Translations under genes and position numbers: made by a program
Notes under the pieces: generated by a model
What the model was told of the DNA's origin: nothing
The model's input: the letters and a program-made list of their open reading frames with translations, nothing else
The model's database searches: none
Shown here: in pieces, positions 45,272 through 54,754 of the stretch
Numbering within the stretch: position 1 is the stretch's first letter
Layout: the number at the start of each line of letters is the position of its first letter
From: an uncultured Ignavibacteriales bacterium
GTDB taxonomy: Bacteria > Zixibacteria > MSB-5A5 > GN15 > FEB-12
Reading direction: 5' to 3'
DNA length: 64,000 bases
Assembly (NCBI GenBank): GCA_964526835.1
Contig: CAZGMK010000003.1
Location: forward strand, 83,436-147,435

Positions 45272-45898
45272 ATGCTGAGAATTGTCCTCAAGCGACTGCT
45301 CCTCGTCCTTGGTATCGTAGCCACGCTGCCGTTGATACTGGTCTGCCGTCTTGAGGAGTTGGTGTGCGGTCGCGAATGCGAGCGCGTGTATTCGTTCGGA
45401 AAAGAGCTGCTGGCGGCCGTTCCGACCATCGTCGGTGAGTATCTTCGACTCGGCTACTACTGTTGCGTCTGTAATCATGTTTCAGTGGACGCCGCCTTCA
45501 TGTACAACGCCATGCTGGCGCACCGCGATGTGAGCATCGGCCCGGGAGTGGTCGTCGGAGTCGGAACTATCATAGGCAAGGCGGTGATTGAAGAAGGCGT
45601 ACTGTTCGGAGCCCGCGTGTCCCTCCTTTCAGGAAAATACCAGCACGGTCGCCCGGGTGAGCGGGCCCCCGGTATGCCCAAGGGCGAGTACACGTCGATA
45701 ACCATCGGCGCCCATTCGTGGATAGGTCAGCAGGCGGTGCTGATGGCCAACGTCGGCCGCAACTGCACCATTGGCGCCGGTTCGGTCCTCATGAAAGATG
45801 CTCCCGACAATACGACCTTCATGGGAAATCCGGCCCGCAGAGTCAACATCGGAAGATCAGGAACACCGGACATCGACAAATCCGAGGCCAAGTCATGA
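45272..45898 (+). CDS. Left-handed beta-helix (hexapeptide) acyl/acetyltransferase with N-terminal TM segment
   Basis: Hexapeptide-type runs IGPGVVVGVGTIIGKAVIEEGVLFGARV and IGAHSWIGQQAVLMANVGRNCTIGAGSVL. Confidence 0.75.
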   Translation: MLRIVLKRLLLVLGIVATLPLILVCRLEELVCGRECERVYSFGKELLAAVPTIVGEYLRLGYYCCVCNHVSVDAAFMYNAMLAHRDVSIGPGVVVGVGTIIGKAVIEEGVLFGARVSLLSGKYQHGRPGERAPGMPKGEYTSITIGAHSWIGQQAVLMANVGRNCTIGAGSVLMKDAPDNTTFMGNPARRVNIGRSGTPDIDKSEAKS

Positions 45899-46668
45899 AG
45901 TACTTCTGGATTCTTGTAATCGTCGGCTCTCTGCTTCTGAACATCATAGCTGTCTGGGGGTTCTTCACCTACATCAAGTATGGCGGGTCGCCGTTGGGGG
46001 AACTCAAGCGCAAGCTGACCGGCACGACCAGGCAGGAGGCGCCTTCGATTCCCTACGCTGACGCTAATGCCGAGCTCAGGCAACGGATTGAGCAGGGGAC
46101 CGCCGCACCCGACCGAATCGTCTTCTTCGGAGCGTCCATTACTCAACGCTGGGACTTCGATCGTTCCTTGCGGCCCGAGTTCAACATCATCAACCGGGGC
46201 GCAGGCGGGCAATTGGTGCCTTCTCTGATGGTGCGCTTCAAGCGAGATGTGATCGACCTTGAGCCCATGGCTGTTATCATTAAGTTCTGCTCCATAAACA
46301 TCCGTCCCCATATGCCGCTGCAAGTGCTAAAGGACGGCATGACTATGATGGCCGATCTGGCCGAGCACCACGATATCATTCCGATCATTGCGACCATCAT
46401 TCCGGCTGGCCGGCCCGAGGCCCGCATCGGGGATTTCAGTGTGGTCGACAGCCTAAGCCGTTTCAATGAGTGGGCGCGCCAATTCGCATCGGACAACAAC
46501 TATCCGCTGGTCGACTTCGCTGCTGCCATCGGCGATGAGGACGGTTTCCTGCCACGTGATTGCTCAGTCGATCCGGTGCACCTGAACGACAAGGGATATC
46601 TCATCCTCGAAGACGACCTCCGTCCTGTACTCAAGGATGTGGTCCAGCGCAGCCGGCAAGAGAAATAG
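45895..46668 (+). CDS. SGNH/GDSL-family hydrolase (membrane-anchored)
   Basis: ATGA overlap with the upstream stop. N-terminal TM segment. Block I FFGASITQRW, block II NRGAGG, block V DPVHLN (DxxH). Confidence 0.65.
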   Translation: MKYFWILVIVGSLLLNIIAVWGFFTYIKYGGSPLGELKRKLTGTTRQEAPSIPYADANAELRQRIEQGTAAPDRIVFFGASITQRWDFDRSLRPEFNIINRGAGGQLVPSLMVRFKRDVIDLEPMAVIIKFCSINIRPHMPLQVLKDGMTMMADLAEHHDIIPIIATIIPAGRPEARIGDFSVVDSLSRFNEWARQFASDNNYPLVDFAAAIGDEDGFLPRDCSVDPVHLNDKGYLILEDDLRPVLKDVVQRSRQEK

Positions 46669-46708
46669 ACCGGGCGTGGCCGGCGCGCTCATAGCCGAGT
46701 CAGGTCTG

Positions 46709-48061
46709 TCAATCCTCAGGATGAGGATTACGTCTGCTCTTCAGGCCGTTGCGGTGCTCCCGATAGCGTTTGAGATACTCGATCAGACGCTGCTCGCGCC
46801 CGACTTCCCGGGGGTGATAGTATCGTCGTCCGGCCAACTCTTCGGGCATGTACTCCTGATCAGTGATGGCATCCTCGTAGTCGTGGGCGTACTGGTAGTC
46901 ACGGCCGTAGCCCAGCCCTTTCATCAAGTCGGTCGGGGCGTTGCGCAAATACAAGGGAACAGGCAACGAACCTTTTTGGGCGGCGTCGTCTTTCGCCTGA
47001 TTGAAAGCGCCGTAAGCCGAGTTGGATTTGGGCGCGCAAGCCATATAGATGACCGCCTGGGCAATGGCCAGTTCGCCCTCCGGCGACCCCAGGAAGTGAT
47101 AGGCGTCGCGAGCATTGAGCGTCAGCGTGAGGGCATAAGGATCGGCAAGGCCGATGTCCTCAGAGGCGAAGCGAACCAGACGACGGATGATGTACATCGG
47201 GTCCTCGCCGCCCTCCAGCATCCGCGCCAGCCAATACAGAGCGGCATCGGGATCACCCCCTCGAATCGTCTTGTGAAGGGCGGAGATGATGTTGAAATGC
47301 TCTTCGCCAGCCTTGTCGTATAGGGCGGCGCCCTTCTGGTGGACGCGCTGCATAGCGTCAAGGTCGATCGGCCCCTGGTTTCCCAGATAGTTCACAGCCG
47401 CTTCGAGTAGCGACAGCGCCCGGCGGGCGTCGCCGTCGGCTGCAGCCGCAATGAATCTGACGGCCTCGTTGGCAATCTCAATGTCGGCGTTCGCCAGCCC
47501 GCGTTCCGTGTCCCCCAGCGCCTGCCGGACTATCTGCTCGATTTCCTCACTGGTCAATTGCTTCAGGACGTAGACCCGCGTTCGGGAGAGCAGGGCGGAG
47601 TTGACTTCGAAGGAGGGGTTTTCGGTTGTGGCTCCAATCAGAACCACATCGCCGGATTCGACATAAGGCAAGAAGGCATCCTGCTGAGCCTTGTTAAAGC
47701 GATGAATCTCATCGATGAAGACATACGTACGGCGACCGCTCATGTTGTAGTAATCACGGGCCTTGCCGAGAATGCCCTTTACTTCCTTGATCCCGGATGT
47801 GACTGCTGAGAAGCGCACGAACTGTCCCTGGGTGCAGCGGGCGATCAGGCTGGCCAGGGTGGTCTTGCCGCTGCCGGGCGGGCCCCAGAAGATCAGCGAG
47901 CCGACCCGGTCGTTCTCAATGGCCCGGCGCAGCGGGCTGCCGGGTCCGACTACTTCGGTCTGGCCGATGAACTCGTCGAACGAGCGCGGGCGCATCCGCT
48001 CGGCCAGAGGCTGAATCTCCGAATGGGAACGCTCGTGGTTTTCCGACTGGAAGAAGTCCAT
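46709..48061 (-). CDS. rarA: Replication-associated recombination protein A (AAA+ ATPase)
   Basis: GPPGSGKTTLA, FIDEIHRFNKAQQDAFLP and GATTENPSFEV, plus a MgsA C-terminal region ..YLRNAPT..GYGRDYQYAHDY. Confidence 0.92.
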   Translation of the reverse strand: MDFFQSENHERSHSEIQPLAERMRPRSFDEFIGQTEVVGPGSPLRRAIENDRVGSLIFWGPPGSGKTTLASLIARCTQGQFVRFSAVTSGIKEVKGILGKARDYYNMSGRRTYVFIDEIHRFNKAQQDAFLPYVESGDVVLIGATTENPSFEVNSALLSRTRVYVLKQLTSEEIEQIVRQALGDTERGLANADIEIANEAVRFIAAAADGDARRALSLLEAAVNYLGNQGPIDLDAMQRVHQKGAALYDKAGEEHFNIISALHKTIRGGDPDAALYWLARMLEGGEDPMYIIRRLVRFASEDIGLADPYALTLTLNARDAYHFLGSPEGELAIAQAVIYMACAPKSNSAYGAFNQAKDDAAQKGSLPVPLYLRNAPTDLMKGLGYGRDYQYAHDYEDAITDQEYMPEELAGRRYYHPREVGREQRLIEYLKRYREHRNGLKSRRNPHPED

Positions 48062-48123
48062 ACCGTATTATACGGTACGGAGAGTCGGTGTTCAATCACT
48101 TCCGTGGCTCCCCTGTCGAACGC

Positions 48124-51100
48124 CTACGGCTTGACTACCAGCTTGCCTTTCTCATCGGAACCTCGCAGATACCAGAAGTAGACTCCGGGAGACACCACGT
48201 GGCCGTTACCGTTGTGGCCGTCCCATTGCCATTCCCCCGATACACCATCACGAATCAGCACTGTCTGACCGCTTACCGTCTGAATCAGTATATCGACCGG
48301 ATCATTGGGAAGACGGAAGGTAACCGGCCCTTCGGAAAGGCTCACCGGGTTTGGGTAAGCGTAGACACCGTCTGAGATTGTAAACGAGGCCACCCTGGAG
48401 TAGTCATAGTTATCTGCGCGGGCCCGCCAGTAGTACGCACGTCCGGCCTCCAGCGGCGTCGGCGCCTGCCATGATGTGGTCGGGCCGTCCTGCCGGCTCG
48501 TTGATCCGGAGGCAGCGCTCGTCATGAATGAAGAGTCGGTGCTGACTTCGAAGAAGTACTCATGGCTTCCCGGCTCGGCGATGTTCTCTATGGTTAGCGT
48601 GGGGCGACGGGAGACTACTGACTGGCTGACCGGGGAGACCGGAACAGGCACGTAGTCGTCGACGTCGGTGGCGAAACTGAAATAGCGGAAACTCCAGGCG
48701 GAGGACGGATCGCTCCAGTCTTGCTGGTCATTGGCTACAACATGCCAGTAGTAGAGTTGGTTGTTGATCGGCAGGAAAGTGGTGAAGAAATCTGCGCTGG
48801 TGGTCCCTCCTGCTCCCGTGCTCGTAGCGTGCCTGTGTTCCACGAGTTGAGTCATGGCGGCATCGGAGTAGACGTAGAAATCGTAATAGACATCATCGCC
48901 ATCAGGGTCGGCTGCGTTGATGACTGTGACCGTGATTGGTGTGTCCGTGACGGTTTCCCCGTCGGCCGGCGACAAGTGATCGGGCGGGGGCGGCGCCTGG
49001 TTGGTGGCCAGGCTCACGGTAAATGACCTCCCGGCGGAATAGCCGGAATAGGTAATTCCGTCATACACTCGTGAGCGCCAGTAGTACGTCGCCTCGTTCA
49101 ACGACTCCGAGCACTGCCAGGAGTTACTGCTTGTTGCGCCGGATAGCACCAATGAGGAGAACGAGGGGGAATTGGCGACCTCGAAGTGATAGGTTACAGG
49201 GGTTCCGTCCGGATCTGTGACTGTGCCGACAGTGAGGGTTGGGCGTCGCGTATCAACGGTGGCGCCGTTGACCGGCGATGATGGTGAGGGTGTTGGTGGT
49301 GCTGTGTTTGGAGTATGGAAAGAGAATGGCCCCGCCCATCCGGAGTAGCTGGTTCCGTTGTAGGCCCGGGCCTGCCAGTAGTAAATTGATCCCGTGCTCA
49401 GAGCCGGAACCACCGTAGCACAACTCGTGCCTGCCCCTTCAGCCGTTGAGATCGGTCCGGCCACGAGCTCGGTCAGAGACTCGTCCGAATACACCGAGAA
49501 CTGATAGGTCTGATCCTCTGTACATCCGGGCGCAGGAGTGCTGTTGACAACACAGAGCTGCGGCTGTACCGAAGCGACACCTGTTCCCTCGGGTGGAGAG
49601 GACAACTCCGGAACTGATGGAGGCGTGGCGCAGTAGTCAGTGTAGTCAACCTGGAAACTGCTCAGCGAAGTCCAGGCGCTGTAGTTGATGCCGTCATAAC
49701 ATCGCGCTCGCCAGCTATAGGTGGCGCCGTCAGAGAGGACAATCGGGACTTGCCAGCCAGTGGTTGAGCCTGCCCCCTCTGGGGTTGTTCCTGAGCTCGC
49801 CAGCAGGTTTGTCCCCGGTCCATCGTACAACTCGAAGAAGTATGTGAGGGCATCACCATCGGGATCGTCACCGTTCTGGACTACCAGATAGACAGTCGAA
49901 TCGGTGACTGTGCCGCCAGGGCCGGGTTCAACTATGGTCGTGAGCGACGGCGGGTTGTTGGATTCGATCTGAACGGTAAATTGACAGGGTGTGCAATACG
50001 ATGAAATGTCGATTCCGTCGTCGGTTCGGGCCCGCCAGTAGTAGGTGTCGTTGTCAAGAGGCGTTCCAATCGCCCAGTCGGTGTCATCGAACTGCTCGCG
50101 GGAAGCCACTAACGAGGAGAAGTTCGAATAGCGCGAGACTTCAAAGCGATACAAGACTGGTGTGCCGTCGGGGTCTGTCACGCCGCCGACCTCGAAGGTG
50201 GGTTGGCTTTCATCAATCTGACTACCGTCAGCGGGCGCCACCGGAGTGGGAACCGCAGGGGCCTGGTTGGGTGTGTGGAACTTGTATGGCCCCATCCAAG
50301 CGGAGTAGCTGGTCCCGTTGTAGACCCTTGTTCGCCACCAGTACCACCGTCCCGATTCGAGCGATGAGCTGACGGTGTAGCAACTCTGCGACGCCCCTTC
50401 CGCCGCGATGCCGGGCCCATGAACCAACTGTGACAGGGTGCTGTCGGAATACACTTCGAAATGATAGGTTTGGTCATCCGTGCATCCTGCGGCCGGGGTG
50501 GAATTGTGGACACATAAAGTCGGCTGCGTCGTTGCGACGCCCGATCCGTGATCCGGTGAAGCGAGAGTGGGAGGGCTTGACGGCACGGCGCAATCATTGC
50601 CGTCGGCGGCCGAGCGGTAGATACCGGCGCGGCCGTTTTCGAAGCTCTCGGTGGCCTGGGATGCTCCCCACGCGCCGTTATGGCTCAGCTTCTGCCAGGG
50701 GCCGTCCAGTAGCTCGAAGGTCGGCGAGTGCGAACCAGCCCATTGGTTTTGCTGCTGCCCGGCCGGACGCAGGAGGACCATATACCGGTAGCCGTCGTCA
50801 CCGGTCCAGGTTCTCCGGAAAATAACCCAATTCTGGCCGAAGGAGTCCTTGCCCTGGCCTTCAGTGATGACGCAATCATCGCAATCCACCGAGGCGACGT
50901 ACCACTCCACCTGGTCGGTGTCCCAGGCCGGGTCGTTGCCGTCACGGCCCACTCGGACCCCCAGTGCGTCAATCCAGTAACAACTGTCGCCAGGCGTGCC
51001 GGCCGCCACACACATGCCGTCGCTGCCGCCGCCGTCCAGCCAGTTCAGGACGCCCAGGCGGTTCTCGGGGACATTGGCGAAGGAGATGTAGGTCGTGCGG

Positions 51101-52242
51101 GCTCGGGTTAGATAATAGAGGGCCAGGCAGTCGTACCAGTAGATCCGAAAGGGATACTCAAGATAGCCGTGGCCTGGATTGAACCAGTTCTCGACGCCCT
51201 CCTGAGAGCAGTCGACCAGTCCCTGATATATCGACACCGGGCTGTAGTCGGCCGCCACCGTGGCGGTGTTGATCGAGGAAACACTGTTAGTCGGGCCTGG
51301 ATAAAGCAACTGCTGGTTGTGATCGTGAGGCGAAAGACCGAATTCAAACTCTCGGTGAACGGGTTTGACCAGGCTGCCGTCAAAATACTCCGGCTGATAA
51401 CCGGCCGCGTAGCTATCCTTGTCGCCGTACGCCCAGGCCAGGGCGTTAATGCAGACATCAATGCCGAGTCGATTCTTGAGGCTGTCGGCCAGTATGGAGG
51501 TATACTTGATCAGCACAGTATCTTTGAATGCCTGTTGCCACTCGGAGATCGTCCAGGCACCGTATTGGGCCGTCGGTCCCCCCAGAGCTGGTTCATGGAT
51601 GTGACGCCCGGGCGTGCTTGTGGAGACGCCCACGGTCTGCGGAATGCTCATGTTATCGAACCACAGGCCGGAGACACTGTACATGCGGCCGCTGTGACGG
51701 TTGACGATCATTTCCGCATAGTCCACGAAGTGATGCAGGAAGTTCAGGTTGGTGTTGTTGATCAAAGCTCGGGTGCCGTTGTAGGTCAGCAACCTCGAAT
51801 CGTATTCACTCGTCGAATAGGCCGAGTACGCCCCGAAGCTCGTCGGCGTGTAATCATGGGAGTGCCAGTACATTGAGGTTGAGTCCTCGCCGTCAGCCTC
51901 CATTCTGGGGCCAACCCACTCGTTCACCGGCGGCAGCCCGGCACACGAGTAGTAAGGATCGTTGAAGTTGTGGTATACGTAGAACCTCAACTGGGGGTCC
52001 AGGGCATACAACTCGTTGTATTTCGATACGTAGCCCGAACCGTAAGATCCATCGGCTACCAGGACCTCGTAACGACCGGCGATTATGGAGTCCACCTGGC
52101 TGGACATCGGGACCGTGCCGTAATCGAAATTGAAGTAGTTTACGCTGGGAGTGAGGTCTTCAGCCCCGGCTATCCCGGTCCAAGCAACCGTAACCAGGAC
52201 CGATATCATGATCAACGAGATTCGTCTACTGTGTCTTTGCAT
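48124..52242 (-). CDS. 1372-aa secreted surface protein: unknown 553-aa N-domain, 7 FN3-like modules, T9SS/FlgD-Ig-like C-terminal domain
   Basis: Signal peptide MQRHSRRISLIMISVLVTVAWTGIAGA. Tandem modules each end in a ..YYWR.R..DG...S.....F.. pattern. The tail is ..WQWDGHNGNGHVVSPGVYFWYLRGSDEKGKLVVKP. Confidence 0.85.
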   Translation of the reverse strand: MQRHSRRISLIMISVLVTVAWTGIAGAEDLTPSVNYFNFDYGTVPMSSQVDSIIAGRYEVLVADGSYGSGYVSKYNELYALDPQLRFYVYHNFNDPYYSCAGLPPVNEWVGPRMEADGEDSTSMYWHSHDYTPTSFGAYSAYSTSEYDSRLLTYNGTRALINNTNLNFLHHFVDYAEMIVNRHSGRMYSVSGLWFDNMSIPQTVGVSTSTPGRHIHEPALGGPTAQYGAWTISEWQQAFKDTVLIKYTSILADSLKNRLGIDVCINALAWAYGDKDSYAAGYQPEYFDGSLVKPVHREFEFGLSPHDHNQQLLYPGPTNSVSSINTATVAADYSPVSIYQGLVDCSQEGVENWFNPGHGYLEYPFRIYWYDCLALYYLTRARTTYISFANVPENRLGVLNWLDGGGSDGMCVAAGTPGDSCYWIDALGVRVGRDGNDPAWDTDQVEWYVASVDCDDCVITEGQGKDSFGQNWVIFRRTWTGDDGYRYMVLLRPAGQQQNQWAGSHSPTFELLDGPWQKLSHNGAWGASQATESFENGRAGIYRSAADGNDCAVPSSPPTLASPDHGSGVATTQPTLCVHNSTPAAGCTDDQTYHFEVYSDSTLSQLVHGPGIAAEGASQSCYTVSSSLESGRWYWWRTRVYNGTSYSAWMGPYKFHTPNQAPAVPTPVAPADGSQIDESQPTFEVGGVTDPDGTPVLYRFEVSRYSNFSSLVASREQFDDTDWAIGTPLDNDTYYWRARTDDGIDISSYCTPCQFTVQIESNNPPSLTTIVEPGPGGTVTDSTVYLVVQNGDDPDGDALTYFFELYDGPGTNLLASSGTTPEGAGSTTGWQVPIVLSDGATYSWRARCYDGINYSAWTSLSSFQVDYTDYCATPPSVPELSSPPEGTGVASVQPQLCVVNSTPAPGCTEDQTYQFSVYSDESLTELVAGPISTAEGAGTSCATVVPALSTGSIYYWQARAYNGTSYSGWAGPFSFHTPNTAPPTPSPSSPVNGATVDTRRPTLTVGTVTDPDGTPVTYHFEVANSPSFSSLVLSGATSSNSWQCSESLNEATYYWRSRVYDGITYSGYSAGRSFTVSLATNQAPPPPDHLSPADGETVTDTPITVTVINAADPDGDDVYYDFYVYSDAAMTQLVEHRHATSTGAGGTTSADFFTTFLPINNQLYYWHVVANDQQDWSDPSSAWSFRYFSFATDVDDYVPVPVSPVSQSVVSRRPTLTIENIAEPGSHEYFFEVSTDSSFMTSAASGSTSRQDGPTTSWQAPTPLEAGRAYYWRARADNYDYSRVASFTISDGVYAYPNPVSLSEGPVTFRLPNDPVDILIQTVSGQTVLIRDGVSGEWQWDGHNGNGHVVSPGVYFWYLRGSDEKGKLVVKP
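48379..50583 (-). repeat. Seven tandem ~105-aa FN3-like coding modules arranged (A-B-C)x2 plus B
   Basis: Modules 1 and 4 share ..NSTPA.GCT.DQTY.F.VYSD..L..LV.GP....EGA..SC..V...L..G..Y.W..R.YNGTSYS.W.GP..FHTPN. Modules 2, 5 and 7 share the core PT..VG.VTDPDGTPV.Y.FEV, degenerate in module 7 (PTLTIENIAEPGSHEYFFEV). Modules 3 and 6 share ..DPDGD..Y.F..Y... Confidence 0.8.
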
Positions 52243-52484
52243 AGATATTTCCCACCGTTAGGATCGTAGTCGCTCGACCACCAAGCAGTACATAGGAGAA
52301 GGGCACTCTCTCAATTACTTTCTGATATACGTGACCATCCAGGGAAACACAACAAAAACCGTTCCCTTCGGGCCGCTGTTTACTTCGTCGGCTAAGTCTT
52401 TTCCGGGCAAGTGCTTGGCCGCATCGCCAGGCGCATCCCGGGCGAATCGGTGCTGCCTTGCTGCCTTGGAATTGATCAGTGCGT

Positions 52485-53651
52485 TCAACCTTCGACCCGT
52501 CTCGATTCCGAGAGAGAGCCTGACTTCTCTCTGGCCAGTTGTTCATACAGTCCTGTCAGCCGCTCAAGAGTCACCTCCCAGCGGAAGCGTTGCCGGATTG
52601 CCTCACCACCGGCCCGACCGATGTCGTTGCGGAGCTGCTCGTTTACAATGTATTTTCTCACGCCGGCCAGGAAGTCCTCGGCATCATCCGGCCGATAGAG
52701 GTGGCCCAGCGCCGGCGAGTTGATCAATTCGCTGTTACCCCCGACGGCAGACGCCACCGGAGGACGGCCCGTCGCCATATACTCCATTAGTGAGTTAGAG
52801 AGGCTCTCTCCCTTAGAACATAGCACGGCAATGTCAAATCCATAGAGATCGGCGCCTACTGTTTTCGATCTGCCGGGCAGCGAGACACGATCCCGAAGAC
52901 CCAGCTCGTCGATCATGCGCTGAAGCTTCTCCCTCTGATCGCCTTCTCCGATGATGACAAAGCGCGCTTGCTCGTACTCTTGTGCAAGTGTGGCGGCGCA
53001 CCGAATGAAGAAGGGCAGGTTCTTGATCGGCCGCAGGTTGGCGACGGTCCCAATGACGATATGGTGCGGCTGGAAGCCCCAGCGTCGTCGCGTCTCCGCA
53101 ATGGCCGTAGCATCGGGCCGGCGATAGTCATCGGGGTCGATTCCGTTCGGAATTACCGATACCTGCGCTCGGTTCAACTTTTCAACTTCGATGGCCTCTT
53201 CAGCCGCTGCCGTCGAGTTTGCGACATAGTGGTCGGTCTTCCCGCGCAGCCACCGCAGGACAGCGATCTCCGCACGATTGTGCCAGTAGCCTGCACCCAG
53301 ATTGCGACGGCTCGCAATTACCACCGGCGTCCCCGCCGCCCGCGCCCAGAGTGTCCCGATCAGATTCGCGTCATGGAAGAATGTCTGCACAATGTCAATG
53401 CGATTCTCCCGGCAGAAGGTTCGAAACTCGCGTCGGCCTCGGAAGTAGTCCAGGCTTCGAAACGAGCGAAAGCGGATGATGGCTGAGGGCGCCTCAAGTC
53501 TGGTCGACGCCCACCAATCGCTCTCTCGGAGACACACCACGTGCGGCTGCACCCGCGATCTGTCGATCCGGCCGATTGTGTGCAGCAGTTGCCGTTCTGT
53601 CCCGGCGTACGGAGAGCTTATGGTGTCAATAACATAGGCAACATTAATCAT
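52485..53651 (-). CDS. Glycosyltransferase, GT4 (GT-B) family
   Basis: ATGA-coupled start MINVAYVIDT. C-terminal ..GESLSNSLMEYMATGRPPVASAVGGN.. (E-x7-E type). The longer ORF to 53825 is read-through of the upstream gene. Confidence 0.8.
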   Translation of the reverse strand: MINVAYVIDTISSPYAGTERQLLHTIGRIDRSRVQPHVVCLRESDWWASTRLEAPSAIIRFRSFRSLDYFRGRREFRTFCRENRIDIVQTFFHDANLIGTLWARAAGTPVVIASRRNLGAGYWHNRAEIAVLRWLRGKTDHYVANSTAAAEEAIEVEKLNRAQVSVIPNGIDPDDYRRPDATAIAETRRRWGFQPHHIVIGTVANLRPIKNLPFFIRCAATLAQEYEQARFVIIGEGDQREKLQRMIDELGLRDRVSLPGRSKTVGADLYGFDIAVLCSKGESLSNSLMEYMATGRPPVASAVGGNSELINSPALGHLYRPDDAEDFLAGVRKYIVNEQLRNDIGRAGGEAIRQRFRWEVTLERLTGLYEQLAREKSGSLSESRRVEG

Positions 53652-54754
53652 GATAACACCAGGCGATAGACCTTGGTCAGTTCTTCGGCTTGCCTTTCGA
53701 ACGAGAAGCGCTTTCCGACCACATCCGCAGCGGCCCTGGCCAACCTCTGGCGCAGGTCCGGATCCTGAGCTACTCCGGTCATGGCGCCGGACATCGCGAC
53801 CTGATCGCCATACGGGACCAGCCACCCACTTACTCCGTCCTCAATCAGTTCCGGTACTCCGCCGACGTCGGTGGCTACCACCGGCAGGCCAACAGCCATG
53901 GCTTCCAGGACGATATTGGGCAGGCCCTCGGATCGGGAGGGATTAGCCAGGATATCGGCGCCCTTGAGACAGCCGATCAGATTGTGCTCGTAGCCGGGGC
54001 AGCGTACGTACTCACTCAGCCCATGTTCGTGAATCCAGCGAGCCATTCCCGGCCGATCCGGACCCTCGCCAAAGAGCACCAGGCGGAGTCGTCCTTCCCG
54101 AGCGATCGCATTTGTGAAGGCCCTGACCAGGAACCGCTGTCCTTTCTCCCGGCTGAACCGTCCGGCGGCCACGGCCACGATCGACTCGTTCGGCAAATCA
54201 AGCTGTGCGCGGATATCCACTGGGTCAGCATCGGCAAAGGCCTCGGGATCGATACTGTTGTAAATGACTGATAGTTTCCTCGACGGCACACCCCAGCGAC
54301 GCAGGTACTCGGCCTGGGCGCGCGACACTGCCACCACCCGGTTGGCGAAACGCATCAGAATGCGATCAACCAGTTGGAAAGCCCGGACTTTGGCGTTCTC
54401 CTGAGTGAATCCGCGAGCGAAGCATATGTGGGCGGCGCCGGTGCGGGTCCTGACCACGTGACCCAGAATATGGCTGCGGTAGTCATGGGTGCATATGATC
54501 CCGACATGGTTGCTCCTGATGTATTCAATGAGCCCTGTCAGCGCCGCCGGATCGTACGCCGAACGAACAGATAGAGCAGCAGTTTCTACGTTACTGTTGC
54601 GCGCCCTGTCGAGCAGCGCCGGACGAACACCGTCTTCGGTGAAGGACCCGATCAGGACCTCGTATTCACTGCCTCTCAGCAGCTCAGCGTGGCGCAGCAG
54701 CTGGCGTTCGGGCCCGCCGAAGAAATTCGAGGCGCGCAGGTGAAGGATCTTCAT
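53648..54754 (-). CDS. Glycosyltransferase, GT4 family
   Basis: ATGA-coupled start MKILHLRASNFFGGPE. ..SRSEGLPNIVLEAMAVGLPVVATDVGG... Confidence 0.85.
   Translation of the reverse strand: MKILHLRASNFFGGPERQLLRHAELLRGSEYEVLIGSFTEDGVRPALLDRARNSNVETAALSVRSAYDPAALTGLIEYIRSNHVGIICTHDYRSHILGHVVRTRTGAAHICFARGFTQENAKVRAFQLVDRILMRFANRVVAVSRAQAEYLRRWGVPSRKLSVIYNSIDPEAFADADPVDIRAQLDLPNESIVAVAAGRFSREKGQRFLVRAFTNAIAREGRLRLVLFGEGPDRPGMARWIHEHGLSEYVRCPGYEHNLIGCLKGADILANPSRSEGLPNIVLEAMAVGLPVVATDVGGVPELIEDGVSGWLVPYGDQVAMSGAMTGVAQDPDLRQRLARAAADVVGKRFSFERQAEELTKVYRLVLS

Noticed and set aside
48061-48077. Perfect palindrome TACCGTA-TTA-TACGGTA abutting the rarA start codon.
   Set aside because: A 3-nt loop with an AT-containing 7-bp stem and no U-tract is too little to call a terminator or operator. 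Noted only as a possible translation-initiation structure.
53652-53825. N-terminal extensions of ORF-track entries: 52485-53825, 53648-54904, 45718-46668, 24616-26220, 30062-30601.
   Set aside because: The extensions overlap the 3' end of the upstream gene in another frame and are Arg/Gly-rich junk. Internal ATG/GTG starts that form ATGA/GTGA overlaps or follow GGAGG-like sites give proteins starting with normal family N-termini.
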